The notes: a model not told the origin generated them from the sequence alone. Positions 14,801-29,757 are shown, counted from the stretch's first letter. The stretch: 64,000 nucleotides of DNA from Eledone cirrhosa (GCA_964016885.1 OZ024751.1:11222001-11286000), one strand, 5' to 3'. Numbers and translations are program-made.

Positions 14801-15030
14801 CGGTGGTAGTCTCCACCACCGCTGCCGCCATTTTATTCCGCCACACTATCAAATAAGCAAGCACGAAGATTGTCCGGCACGCAGACCACGGCATTGGTCT
14901 GTGTGTCGATGATGAGGTCACAAGATCACCAGCTCCGCTGTCGTCTTCTTCTCTGCACCGAACTCGTTCTGCATTTTCATTGGTCACGATGTATTTCGAC
15001 ACGGGAAACCGGAAATTATCAGCGAGTTAT
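14800..15030 (-). promoter_or_regulatory. Candidate promoter-like CpG-rich island
   Basis: Unique GC-richer stretch with YY1-type GCCGCCATTTT (14824-14834), two ATTGG boxes and ETS-type ACCGGAAAT (15008-15016). Motif evidence only. Confidence 0.25.
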
Positions 15031-15094
15031 TCTGTCAGTAGCCTAGAGTTTTCGCATAAACGAATCAAGGAATTAGAGTGAGAGAGAGAGAGAT

Positions 15095-15126
15095 AAAGAT
15101 AGAGAGAGTAATAGACATAAAGTCGA

Positions 15127-15176
<50 letters not shown>

Positions 15177-15280
15177 ATAGACATAAAGTCGAAGCGAGAG
15201 AGAGAGAGTAATAGACATAAAGTCGAAGAGAGAGAGAGAGTAATAGACATAAAGTCGGAGAGAGAGAGAGTAATAGAAAA
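15095..15280. repeat. Four units of gtaatagacataaagtcg separated by (GA)n
   Basis: Direct inspection. Confidence 0.9.
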
Positions 15281-15425
15281 ATATCTATAGAGTGGATGAT
15301 AAATATACACACACACACACACGCACATATCTATCTATATATTTATCTATCTATCTATCTATCTATATATGTATATATATATCTGTGTATCTCTCCCTCT
15401 CTCGCCCCCTCTGTGTGTGTGTGTA

Positions 15426-15475
<50 letters not shown>

Positions 15476-16236
15476 TATATATACATAAGTAGATAGATAG
15501 AGAGGTAATGAAAGAGTGATAGGTTGTGAGAGAGATAGAGGTATGAGAGAAGAAAGTATGGATGGGGAATGGACAGAACCGGAAAGAGATGAGGGGCGAG
15601 AAGTTGTGAGACAGAGAATGAGAGAGAAGGAGATAGAAACAGAGAGAGAAAGAGAGGGAGAAGTGTAAGGAGGAGACAGAGTGCTACAGAAAACGATAGG
15701 AGCTGGAATATTAGAAATGACATGTTCGATGTTTTATATTTTTATATTTATATTTGTTTATATTTTTTTCAATATTTTCCTCATCCATATATTTCGTTAT
15801 CTTCCCACTGTGTCCTTTTTTCTAGTATCTTCTTTATCATTTCCCTTATAATCAACACCCACCATATCTGCTGTTCCAACCAACAGCAACATAAGCTGCT
15901 TCTATTACATTTCCCATCATCCTTTGCGTCGTTATCACTATCATTTTGCCGTCCGCCATTAGCATATCATTCTAATTATCTCTATTCTGTGAGAGAAGTT
16001 TCAATTAATCCTTCAAAAATCACGTGATCCTATCTCTACTGCAGTCTCCTCACCAACAGATGCATGCACACATGTGATCTTTACACATTCACACGCACTC
16101 ACATTCAAGCACTCAAACACACACACACGTACATACACACACACAAAAGGGAGAGAAAGAGGAACTATACATTATTGCACCAATATAATTATTACACCTC
16201 TCTCAGTCTTTCATATATATATACATATATACATAC

Positions 16237-16316
<80 letters not shown>

Positions 16317-16664
16317 GCACTTGTATATATATAAACCATATATATATTCATACACAAGAAAATACAAAATATGCAGCCTTACAAAAACACATAGTGTGTA
16401 TATATATATATGTATATACAAATGGAAATACAGCATATTCGAAGCTAAGCCGACGAAAGCATTCACATATATATACCCCAAATACATAGAAATAAATACA
16501 TCTCGCTTCCGTTGTTCTCTAAAAGCTAAATGGAAGTAAAATTCGAAAAAAAAAAGCCTGTTCCAGAACCCACTTATAAAAGACTATCACACACATATAT
16601 ACATACACACAGGCGAACACACAACTCACACAAACGCATACGCACAAGACAGACATATATATAC

Positions 16665-16713
<49 letters not shown>

Positions 16714-16719
16714 GATATG

Positions 16720-16753
<34 letters not shown>

Positions 16754-16754
16754 A

Positions 16755-17167
16755 ATTGAAAGGATAACAAGGACGATTGGTTACTCCTTCATTACATTTA
16801 TTGGTAGGTGACGCGCGTTTCTCCACTGATCAGCTCAAGGTTCATTCTGTATCGATCTTACCCGATTCATAAATCGGCAGCTCGACGGACCCTTTAAAAT
16901 GGTAATATACCATTTGATACCATTTTAAAGGGTTCGTCGAGCTTCTGATTATTGAGTCGGGTAAGATTGATACAGATCGAATCTTGAGCTGATCAGTGGC
17001 GAAACGCGCATCACCCACCTACCAATGAATGTAATGAAGGAGTAACCAATCGTCCTTGTTTTCCTTTCAATATATTACACGCTGTATAGCTCTACACCTC
17101 AACATAGAAGTGAACTTAAACATCGAGTGCTCACCCGGGTGAACCTGCAGTAACTCCGAGTTACACT

Positions 17168-17170
<3 letters not shown>
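16755..17170. mobile_element. Family F fold-back with hammerhead 3' half
   Basis: Arms at about 16755-16904 and 16918-17070, with several mismatches. GAAAC-GCGC-GTC on minus at 16810-16821. The right arm continues to GAGTGC (17125) and (TA)n. Confidence 0.82.
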
Positions 17171-17207
<37 letters not shown>

Positions 17208-17340
17208 AAACGAAAAGTCAGTGATGCATCTGAACACAATTTATTGTGTGTTACAATTGTTTCGCCGTCGGACAGCTCGAGACACGATGATTGTGTCCCG
17301 AGCTGTCCGACGGCGAAACAATTGTAACACACAGATGCAT
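17208..17340. mobile_element. Family B fold-back
   Basis: Arms at 17245-17287 and 17291-17333, each with CGGC-GAAA-CAATTG-TA-ACAC. Homologous to 2145-2225. Confidence 0.8.
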
Positions 17341-17770
17341 CCCTTGCTGGGTCCCATGTGCGTTTCTGGCTAAGGGTCCCTTCTATATTATCGGACGCAA
17401 TCCCGTTGAGAAAGCTCTTCCGCGTCCAGTCCTTCTCTAGAAGTCTTATATATTTTTTATGTGGGCTAATAGTGAATGGATTAAGGAATTGCAGAAACCC
17501 AAGAAGCTAGATTTAACACCCTTCTAGCGGGTCCGGGTAAGTTTTTTACATTCATTTAATTTATTGATTTATTGATATTTTATTTGAGTGACCCGAATCT
17601 TCCTGGTCGTTCTTTTTCGGCTGTACAGGTGATTTTAGGCATAATCTATGTGTTGGTAATTTAACGATGGTTATAGCTCTGATTTATCCAAATTATTGAG
17701 CCCTCTGCCACACATATCGGATATTGTTTATCGTTAATTCGTGAGCTGTTTTTCCGATTCTCGATTATTC

Positions 17771-17816
<46 letters not shown>

Positions 17817-17834
17817 ATATATACATATATATGT

Positions 17835-17936
<102 letters not shown>

Positions 17937-18399
17937 ATGTGTGTATCTCTGTCTTTGTCACTTTAAGTGTGTGAGTTTATATATTTTTTTTTTTCTGGGT
18001 ATGTACGTGTCTCGCTGTATATATGGACATTCTACATTCTTCTGGTGTAAATCGTTAACTCTTTCTTTTCAACGCACAAAAACTTCACATTTTTGGTGGT
18101 GTGAAGAAGCATTTCGCCTTCTTAAAGGAAAGAATTCGGTAATATATTTTTCTATTTCCAAGATAAATTATCTTTCAGATTAAATCGAATTCACGCTAAG
18201 ATGATGCAAGACAAGATATAGAAAATGTGTGCTTCTGAAGTTTCAGGTCCAAAATAAAAATATTAATGTAAATCTCTGTGTGGCTGTGTTAAAAGAAAAT
18301 CCTCCACATTACCAAAATAATTATTTCACGATATCACAATAACTAAAATTATTATTGGACACCTTAATAATTAATATCAGTATTATTAATTCGATGTAA

Positions 18400-18605
18400 G
18401 GTGTTGGTCAGAGTCGTTTTACTGACGGACAAATACTTCGCTCTATGTGTTCCGGGGCTTAACATCCTGAGTTCAAATCCTAGTGTGGTCAACTCTGATT
18501 TTCGTCCTTCCGAGTTTGACAAAATAAAGTATGAACCAAGTACTAGGGTCGATTTATCGGCTTTCCCCTCGACCCAAATAAATTTCCTAGCGTCTAAGGT
18601 TGAAA
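18400..18605 (+). mobile_element. Degenerate tRNA-derived SINE
   Basis: ctgagttcaaatcc B box followed by '...tcgtccttccgagtttgacaaaataaagta'. Confidence 0.7.
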
Positions 18606-18835
18606 TCATTGCAAGCGTTCAGAAAGGCGGAGGTCAACTTTTCCATGCACCCTACCGAATTCGATGCCGTGATCGATAAAATAAACATTCACTTCCCTCA
18701 AAAAATTTCTGACATTGTACCAAAATGAGAAACTATCATTATCATTGCATTCCTCATCCTCATCATAAATGGGGATTATATAAATATATATATATATATA
18801 ATGGAAAATTTGAACAGGAACAAAACAGAGAGGCA

Positions 18836-18900
<65 letters not shown>

Positions 18901-19608
18901 GTATTTCCATAGAAAAGGTAATGGAAAGAAGCGTGCTCTATGTATAGTATAGAGCTGTTTAATTACATAATAAACAATACAATATAATTATTTAATTACC
19001 CAAGGTTTCACGAAATAAGACGATTCTAACAGAAATGTCTAGTTCGTTTATCAGATGAAATATTTATGTTATGGATATAAGATGTGAAATTAAAGTCTAT
19101 TACAAACGAAAGAGAGGCTGAATTAAAATAACGGAGAAAATACATGTACACAGATTCATATATACATATATGTACATAAAAATAAAAATGAAAATAAAAA
19201 TAAAAATAAAAATAAAAATAAAAATAAAAATAAAAATAAAAATAAAAATACATATACACATACACACAAATATACATAAATACATATATACATATATATA
19301 TATACATAAATACATACATACATACACACATATACATACATACACACATACATACACACATACATACATATATATATACACACACATTAACAGACATACA
19401 TAACATATACATACACATATATAAACATACATATAGACATACGGCAACAAACATATATATATAACACACTCACCCATATATACACATACATATAGACATA
19501 CGCACACACACATATATATATATAACACTCACACATATATACACGCATATATAGACACATATAAAGTACATACGATCACATAAACATACATACACATAAA
19601 TGGTTACG

Positions 19609-19653
<45 letters not shown>

Positions 19654-19682
19654 GTGTGTTTGTGTGTGTGTGTGTATGTATG

Positions 19683-20006
19683 TATCTATGTATGTGTGTA
19701 TACATCTTTTTGGTAAATATCATCTTGGTTAAGAGAGTGGGACTGACTTTGTGCAGTGCCTTTGTCACTATAAAAGCTTCACGGCACAGGCATTGCTTTA
19801 TATCTGGAGATCTCTCTGCACTTGTCGTCACATGGTACCATGGGCCCAGCACTATGTGTCAATAATTGTCACAAGTGTAGTGTTTGTACCAGAGTTTTCA
19901 AGTCGATGGCTGGAGTAAAATGTCACACTCGTTCAGCGCATCGGTAGGGGTTCTCCTACATGGATATAAAGTAGTGGCCGTACTCGAAAACGAGTTGGCA
20001 GCCACC
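19683..20006 (+). mobile_element. 3' half of non-autonomous RTE derivative
   Basis: Close copy of 54800-55103. Encodes C2H2 remnant CSVCTRVFKSMAGVKCHTRSAH* and has a 3' hairpin CTCG-AAAA-CGAG, then (TA)n. Confidence 0.8.
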
Positions 20007-20185
20007 ATATATATATATATGTATGTATATGTGTGTGTATGTGTGTATGCATTTTTATTTTTATGTATATGTACATATATGTATATATGAATCTGTGTGT
20101 ACATGTATTTCCTCCGTTATTTTAATTCAGCCTCTCTTTCGTTTGTAATAGACTTTAATTTCACATCTTATATCCATAACATAAA

Positions 20186-20259
20186 TATTTCATCTGATAA
20201 ACGAACTAGACATTTCTGTTAGAATCGTCTTATTTCGTGAAACCTTGGGTAATTAAATA
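20186..20259 (+). ncRNA. Hammerhead-like motif with G8->A (mirror copy 18989-19062, minus)
   Basis: TATTTCAT-CTGATAA-ACGAA...TTCGT-GAAA-CC TTG GG-TA-ATTAAATA. Confidence 0.6.
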
Positions 20260-20362
20260 ATTATATTGTGTTGTTTATTATGTAATTAAACAGCTCTGTA
20301 CTATACATAGAGCACGCTTCCTTCTTTCCATTACCTTTTCTATGTAAATACATAACACACAC

Positions 20363-20461
20363 ATTTATATATATGTATATGTATATATGTATATGTATGT
20401 ATATGTATGTATGTATGTATGTATATATACGTATGTATATATATATGTATATGTATATGTA

Positions 20462-20533
<72 letters not shown>

Positions 20534-21075
20534 TATGTATGTATATATATATGTATGTATATATATATGTATGTATATATATATATATGTATGTATAAAT
20601 ATATATGTATGTATATATATATGTATGTATATATATATATATGTATATATACGTATGTATATATATGTATGTATATATATGTATATGTATATATGTATAT
20701 ATATGTATAAATGTATATATATATATATATATGTATGTATATATATATACGTATGTATATATATGTATATGTATATATGTGTATATATGTATATATGTAT
20801 ATATATATACGTATGTATATATATGTATATGTATATATGTGTATATATGTATATATCTATATATGTATATATATATATATTTATATATATATATGTATAT
20901 ATACGTATGTATAAATATGTACATGTATATATGTGTATATATGTATATGTGTATATATGTATATATATATATATGTATGTATATATATATGTATGTATGT
21001 ATATATATATACGTATGTATATATATGTATATGTATATATGTGTATATATGTATATATATATATATATATATATG
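20363..21075. repeat. (TA)n/(TATG)n array
   Basis: Direct inspection. Confidence 0.95.
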
Positions 21076-21224
21076 CAATAGTAAGTGTTCCTGCACGTAA
21101 AGGTAGAAGTAATAACAGCAGTAATAGTACCACCAGCAACTCATTCTTCATCATCATCATCATCAACAAGATCATCATCAGTAGTAGTCGCAATTGTAGT
21201 TGTAGTAATAGTGGTGGTGGTAGC

Positions 21225-21257
<33 letters not shown>

Positions 21258-21418
21258 GTAGTAGTAGTTGTACTAGATGTAGTAGACACATTAATGCATT
21301 GTTGCGAAAACCAAATGAAACGAAAAGAAGAACACCAAAAACGTAACAATAATAAAAATACAGCATAAAATAGTATATATCTATATATATTTATAAATAT
21401 ATATATATATAAACATAC

Positions 21419-21466
<48 letters not shown>

Positions 21467-22284
21467 TTGAAGGAATATCCTGTCAATTATTATGATATGT
21501 TTTCAACATTTCGTATAGTGAAGGGTCGCAGGTTAAAAATGGCGGCTCTGGTTTGTTTAGACTGGTCCATCAGACAAGGCTGTAAAACGACAGAGAATTT
21601 AGAATGAAAGAATGTTATGGCGGGAAGTGAAAAGTGAATCCTTCCTTAGAGACCTTGTATTGTTCGCTTGATTAGTCTTGCTGTGGTAACTACTAACATT
21701 AATGTCGTTTTTGTTGTTGGTAAAGTTATTGTTTGTGTTGTGTTTGGTGATGAAGATATTGTTGTTGTTGTTTTTTGATTGTTAATGTTCTAGAAGGCGT
21801 AGGTGTGGCTGGTATGGTAGTGATGGTGGTGGGGAAATAGATACGGTAGTGCTGGCAATGGTGTTAGCGATGGCGGTGGGTTTACTGTTATGGATCATAT
21901 TTATGTGTGTGTATCTCCGCGTATATGTGTGTGTGTGTATGATGTGTTTGTGTGGTTATGTGTGTGCAAATTTATCGATGTCTACTTCATGGTCAAACAC
22001 ACATACACACACACAGACACTCGTATATGTATGTATATATATATATATACACACACACACATGCACAAATATATATATGTATATATATATATATATAATC
22101 TCACAAATATATATATATATATGGTGGGTAAGTCATACGTCAATAATATAGCGAATTATTTACTCTCATTTTCTGTCTGTTACGTCTATTTTCTTTCCTC
22201 CCTACTCATTACTACTCTTAGCATTCCTCTAGCTCATTTTTCTTTCTACGTCTATCCCGGTCTGCCTACGCACACTACACTATG

Positions 22285-22323
<39 letters not shown>

Positions 22324-22519
22324 ATGTATATGATATATATTATCTATGTATGTATATATATATATATATATATGTATATATCTGTATATACATAATATAT
22401 ATTATGTATGTTTATATATCTATCTATCTATCTATATATATATATATTTATATATATATATAAATATGTATATAATATATATTAAGTATGTATATAATAT
22501 ATATTATGTATGTATATAT

Positions 22520-22557
<38 letters not shown>

Positions 22558-22595
22558 AATATGTACATAAGATATGTATGTATATAATATATATG

Positions 22596-22650
<55 letters not shown>

Positions 22651-22819
22651 GATTTGTGTATGTATAATCACACACATAGACCCATATAATTACGTATATA
22701 CATTAAACCGAATAAAAGCGTACATCAACCAGTCCTTAATCAGCCGCCATATTGTTGTATTTCACTGGCCGCTACTAAGCTCACTATTTTTCTACTTTCG
22801 GCTAAAATGGGACCATTAT

Positions 22820-23184
22820 GAAGCATAGAGTTACGTCCCTTTACGGTCTGAGTTCAAATCCCGCCGGAGTTAACTTTTTCTTTCATCCTTACGGGGTCGA
22901 TAAAATAAAGTACCAGTAATACACTGGGTAATTTGCTGGCCTTGTGCCAAAAGTAGAAACAATTATGATTTGTGCCTCAAGGGCGGTGGATTGGCAGTAT
23001 CGGTAGACGGTCGGACGCCATGCTTTGCAGCACAGTTACGTTTCCTTTAGGGACTGAGTTCAAATCCCGCCGAGGTTAACTTTGCCTTTCATCCTTACGG
23101 GGTCGATAAAATAAAGTACCAGTAATGCACTGGGTAATTTGCTGGCCTTGTGCCAAATGTAGAAGCAATTATGATTTGTGCCTC
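22820..23184 (+). mobile_element. Two tandem tRNA-derived SINEs; second full-length with candidate TSD
   Basis: A box TGGCAGTATCGG, B box GAGTTCAAATCC, body tttcatccttacggggtcgataaaataaagtaccagt. The sequence aattatgatttgtgcctc is duplicated at 22961-22978 and 23167-23184. Confidence 0.9.
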
Positions 23185-23781
23185 TCGATGATCTCCCTCG
23201 CAGGGTATTCGTTCATGAGAGAGGTTTGGCTTTAATGTTGTGAGAACTAAATAAACCAATATATGAATGGTATCGATGAAATCCGATAGATTACATTCAG
23301 ATCTCACACGATAGTTAGACACATATGATGCATTGAAACGACTAGATATATATTGAAATATGTATTGAAAAGGTTTGTTATACGAACCAGCCGAAACCCG
23401 TTGGCACCGTGGTCGGGTTTTTACCTATCTATCTGTCCCTCTTTTTCTCCCTCTTACTCTCTTTGTGTCTCTGTCACTCCCTCTCTCTCTGTGTCTCTGT
23501 CTCTCTCTCTATCTCTGTCTGTGTGCGTGTGTCTATGTCTGCCCTCTCTCTCTCTCCCTCTCTTCTTTTATCTGTCTCTGTCTCTCTCTTTGTCTGTCTC
23601 TGTCTCTCTCTTTGTGTGTGTGACTCTCTCTCTCTACCCTCTCTATCTCTCTCTCTGTCTCGCTCTATCTCCCTCTCTCCTTCTTTCTGTCTCTGTCTGT
23701 GTGTGTGTGTCTCTCTCTTTCTCTTTCGCTCTGTCTCTGTGTCTCTGTCTCTGGGTCTATCCCTGCCTTCTCTCTCTTTTT

Positions 23782-23878
<97 letters not shown>

Positions 23879-24202
23879 TTGTGTGTAATTATGCCTCTAT
23901 AGTTATATACATTTGTGTGTGTGTACACATACATACCGGGGGACACACACTCAGATATACATATACATTCCTCTATAAATGTATGCGTCTGTGTGAGTGT
24001 GTATGTGTTTGAATATATGCGTGTATACATGTGTGTTTGTAGCATCCTTGTACACATGGTGCACTACCCCATAGAAATATCCAATTTCGTTCAGTTTAGA
24101 CCATATCTTCCTATCTCATCGCCTAACACCCTCTCTCTAATTTCTCATTCTCTGTCCCCCAGCTTCTCCTACCCTCACCCTATCTATGTATCTATCTATC
24201 TA

Positions 24203-24305
<103 letters not shown>

Positions 24306-24325
24306 TTTATATATATAATATATAT

Positions 24326-24381
<56 letters not shown>

Positions 24382-24438
24382 GCATGCATATTATATGCAT
24401 ATATATATATATGCATGTTATATATATATATATATACG

Positions 24439-24483
<45 letters not shown>

Positions 24484-24561
24484 GTATGTATATATATATA
24501 TATATATGTATATGTATGTATATATATATATATATATATGTATATGTCTGTATATATATAT

Positions 24562-24609
<48 letters not shown>

Positions 24610-24676
24610 ATATGTCTGTATATATAAATATGTATATGTCTGTATATATATGTATATGTATGTATATGTATATATT

Positions 24677-24733
<57 letters not shown>

Positions 24734-24767
24734 GTATATGTATGTGTATGTACCTATTTGTATATAT

Positions 24768-24803
<36 letters not shown>

Positions 24804-25252
24804 ATACACAAGCTCTGTCTTACTCTTCTCTCGTTGATTCGATGTTTCGCTGTTTTCCTGTCTCCATCACTTCATCCAATCCATTCATCTTTTTGCCTGC
24901 TTCCGTTCGTCTGTGTCACATTTAACGTCATCATGTTAAATTGTTTCCAGAAATATTTACCAAACACGCAAAGCAAGAACGGGGGGAAAAAAACGAAAAG
25001 AAACATAGATATAGTGGAAGTTAAACCAATTCCTCAGAACTGTTCACTGTAGTGTTTACTCTAGATTTGTCACTCTGGCAACCTACACGCTAGTAAAGCA
25101 TTGCTTTGGCGAGGAGAAGATGAGAAAGACCAATTCTTCTTCTAGACTTTCAACGTTTCTATCACCATTCCCAAACGCACAATAATCTTTTCATAGTCAT
25201 TCGAAAAACGAATCCATCATCCGTAAGTAGTGAAATGGAATTTGTCATGGAA

Positions 25253-25287
<35 letters not shown>

Positions 25288-25450
25288 TGTATATATATGT
25301 ATGTATATATGTATGTATGTATATATATATGTATGTATATATATGTGTTTATGTATGTATGTATATATTTGTGTTATATATATGTATACATACATACATA
25401 TATAAACACATATATATACATACATATATACATATATACATATATAATGT

Positions 25451-25500
<50 letters not shown>

Positions 25501-25519
25501 ATATGTATATATATGTGTT

Positions 25520-25558
<39 letters not shown>

Positions 25559-25913
25559 GTATATATATGTGTTTATATATATATTTGTATGTATGTATAT
25601 ATATGTGTATATATATGTATATATATATGTATGTATATATATGTATATATATATATGTATATATATGTATATATATGTATATGCATGTATATATATAAAT
25701 ATGTATATGTATGTATATATATGTATATATATATACATATATATATATATGTATATGTATGTATATATATGTACATATATATACATACATATAAGTATAT
25801 CTTTTTACAAACATATATACATGTGTACACTCACACACACACATATATATATACCCACACCCAGGCACATACACACCCAGACACACCCAGACACATACAC
25901 ACACACACACCAG

Positions 25914-25947
<34 letters not shown>

Positions 25948-26327
25948 CCAGACACACACACGCAGACACATACATACATGCACACACATATATATGTGGT
26001 TATTTATGTTGTGTAATTTACTCGATTCAGTTCGATATTCTTTGGTCTCATCTTCCATTGTCTACAGCATTCTACACACGGCAGCCACTCCTCTCAATAT
26101 ATACACCCTCCATACACCGCTTCTACATACATACCCTGGAACTCCTGTCTGTTTGCCTGTCTGTCTGTCTCTTATTCCTGCGTGATTTGTATGTAACCCA
26201 AGACATTCTAAATAGCAAACCATGTGAGAATGCGTACCTCTAAATATATGCAGCCATATGCATATACTGGCATGTTTGTATATGTGTACATACGTAGACA
26301 TACTCTTTGGTGCATACATATATATAT

Positions 26328-26403
<76 letters not shown>

Positions 26404-26663
26404 ACGTATGAACTAATGTACATATATATACATACATATATATATATATGTTTGGATGTATATGTGTACATACGTAGACATACTCTTTGGTGCATACATA
26501 CATATATACACACATGCATACATATATATACAAACACATAATACATATATACATACATATACATATATATATCTACGTATATATATATATACGTATGAAC
26601 TAATGTATATATATATATATATATAAAAGTCTCTCTTCTCTCTCTTTCACTCTCAATATATAT

Positions 26664-26738
<75 letters not shown>

Positions 26739-27076
26739 CATACAGAGAGAGAGAGATACAGAGAGAAATGCATAGATGAAGAGAGAGAGAGATAGATAGA
26801 TAGATAGAGAGAGAGAGATAGATAGATAGATAGAGAGAGAGAGATGAATAAAATAAATATATATATAAGATGTGCCAAAGTTTCTGCATTAATGATGATT
26901 ATGATGATGATGATGAGTATTATGATGGCGGCGGCAATGATGAGACAACGACTGACATGATGAAGGCGACGGCGGGGTTGATGATCATAATGATGATGAT
27001 GATGATGGATCATTTTCATTCGTAAAGAATTGAAAGTTCGAGGGGGTCAAGTTTTGGAAAAGACATGAAAGACAGG

Positions 27077-29140
27077 AGGGTGGTGGTGGTGTAGTGGTGG
27101 TGTAGTAGTGGTGTAGTAGTGGTGGTGTAGTATAGAGTTGTAGTGGTGGTGTAGTGGTGGTGTGGTGGTGGTAGTGGTGTAGTGATTGGTGTAGTAGTGG
27201 TGGTGGGGTATAGAGGTGTAGTGGTGGTGGTGTAGTGGTGGTGGTGTAGTGGTGGTGGTGTAGTGGTGGTGTAGTAGTGGTGGTGTGGTATAGAGTTGTA
27301 GTGGTGGTGTGGTGGTGGTGGTGGTGTAGTGGTGGTGTAGTAGTGGTAGTGTGGTATAGAGTTGTAGTGGTGGTGTAGTGGTGGTGGTGGTGTTGTGGTG
27401 GTGTAGTAGTGGTAGTGTAGTAGTGGTGGTGGGGTATAGAGGTGTAGTGGTGGTGGTGTAGTGGTGGTGTGGTACAGAGCTGTGGTTGTGGTGTAGTGGT
27501 GGTTTAGTGGGTTTAGTCCAGTGCTTGTGTAGTATAAGGATGTAGTGGCGGTGTCTTAGTGGGCTGGTGTAGTGCTGTAGTGTAGTGTTGTGTGGTACTG
27601 ATGTAGTGTGGTGGTGTAGCGTGGTGGTGGTGTAGTGTAGGTATAGTGTGGTGGAGTAGTGTAATAGAGCTGTAGTGTGATACTGGTATAGTGTGGTGGT
27701 GGTGTAATGTGGTGGTGGTATAGTGTGGTGGTGGTATAGTGTGGTAGCATTGTGTGGTGGTGGTGTAGTGTGGTGGTGGTATAGTGTGGTGGTGGTATAA
27801 TTTGATGGTGGTATAGTGTGGTGGCATTGTGTGGTGGTGGTATTGTGTGGTGGTGGTATAATTTGATGGTGGTATAATGTGGTGCTTTAGTGTGGTGGTG
27901 GTGTAGTGTGGTGGTGGTATAGTGTGGTGGTGGTGTAGTGTGGTGGTGGTATAGTGTGGTGGTGGTATAATTTGATGGTGGTATAGTGTGGTGGTGGTAT
28001 AATTTGATGGTGGTATAGTGTGGTGGTATACTGTGGTGGTGGTGTAGTGTCGTGGTGGTATAGTGTGGTGGTGGTGGTATAATTTGATGGTGGTATAGTG
28101 TGGTGGTATATTGTGGTGGTATAGTGTGGTGGTGGTATAATTTGATGGTGGCATAGTGTGGTGGTAGTGGTATAGTGTGGTGGTTTACTGTGGTGGTGGT
28201 ATAGTGTGGTGGTGGTATAGTGTGGTGGCATTGTGTGGTGGTGGTGGTATAGTGTGGTGGTATAGTGTGGTGGTGGTATAGTGTGGTGGCATAGTGTGGT
28301 GGTGGTTTAGTGTGGTGGTATAGTGTGGTGGTATAGTGTACTGGTGTAGTGGTGGGGGTGTAGTGGTGGTGGTGTAGTGGTGGTGTAGTGGTCGTGGGGG
28401 TGTAGTGGTGGTGGTATAGTGGTGTTGGTGGTGTAGTGGTGGTGTAGTGGTGGTGCAGTAGTGGTGGGGTGTAGTTGTGGTGGTATAGTGGTGGTATAGT
28501 GGTGGGGGGTAGTGGTGGTGGTGTAGTGGTGGTGGCGGTGTAGTGGTGGTGGCGGTGTAGTGGTAGTGTAGTGGTGATGTGGTGGTGGTGGTGTGGTATA
28601 GAGTTGTAGTGGTGGTGGTGTAGTGGTGGTATGGTGGTGGTGGTGTAGTGGTGGTGTGGTGGTGTGGTATAGAGCTGTGGTTGTGGTGTAGTGGTGGTGT
28701 CTTAGTGTGCTGGTGAAGTGATGTAGTGTAGTGTGGTGGTGTAGCGTAGCGGTGGTGTAGTGTAGGTATAGTGTGGTGGTGGTGTGGTGTGGTGGTGGTA
28801 TACTGTGGTGGTGGTATAATTTGATGGTGGTATAGTGTGGTGGTGGTGGTATAGTGTGGTGGTGGTATAGTATGGTGGCATAGTGTGGTGGTGGTGGTTT
28901 AGTGTGGTGGTATAATTTGATGGTGGCATAGTGTGGTGGTGTAGTGGTGGTGGTGTAGTGGTAGTGGTGTAGTGGTGGTGTAGTGGTGGTCGTGGTGTAG
29001 TGGTGGTGGTGTAGTGTGGTGGTGGTATAATTTGATGGTGGTATAGTGTGATGGTGTGGTGTGGGTGATGCGTAGTATGGTGGTTCTGTAGACTGGTGGT
29101 GGTATAGTGTGGTTTAGTGTAGTTGTGGTATAATGTGATG
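27077..29140. repeat. G/T-rich (GTG)n/TAGTG compound satellite with recurring ggtataatttgatggtgg
   Basis: Direct inspection. Confidence 0.93.
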
Positions 29141-29458
29141 ACGGTGGTGTCGTGGAGATTTGTTAGGGGGAAAACCCCGAAAATATATAAATATAAAGAA
29201 TATTCTAAAGAGGAAGGAATAGCAGCGGTGAGGGGTGGAGAGGTTGAATGGTGGTGAAGAAAAAGACGAGGGTGGGGTCGACTAAATGGATGAACCTGGT
29301 GACAGATACATCAATGATGATGACAGCAAATCTACAAGAACACAACAAAAGCAACAACACAAACACAAATAATACACTAGCACGTGCTTGGATGGAGAAT
29401 TATAAAAGGAAATGGTATATTGTCACAGAATACAGTTAGACATATCTATCTATCTCTC

Positions 29459-29543
<85 letters not shown>

Positions 29544-29615
29544 CTCTATATATATATATCTGTCTATCTCTATCTATATCTGCCTGTATATTTATATCTC
29601 ACACTCTGTGTGTGC

Positions 29616-29671
<56 letters not shown>

Positions 29672-29702
29672 GTAAAGACATGCATGCAACATTCATTGAT
29701 AC

Positions 29703-29757
<55 letters not shown>

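Larger units (their letters stand above)
18891..20362. mobile_element. Family I inverted pair (~300-bp arms 18891-19190 / 20050-20362) enclosing microsatellite and an RTE fragment
   Basis: The arms are near-identical reverse complements. Each has an HHR-like motif and a GAGCAC tail motif. Confidence 0.88.

Noticed and set aside
12312-15002. Poly-Asp, His/Arg, Ser/Pro and Met/Val ORFs
   Set aside because: Trinucleotide arrays with no unique domain or splice support. A low-complexity exon cannot be formally excluded without RNA data.
22979-23075. tRNA gene
   Set aside because: The A and B boxes belong to a multi-copy SINE head. There is no cloverleaf, and the sequence continues into the SINE body.
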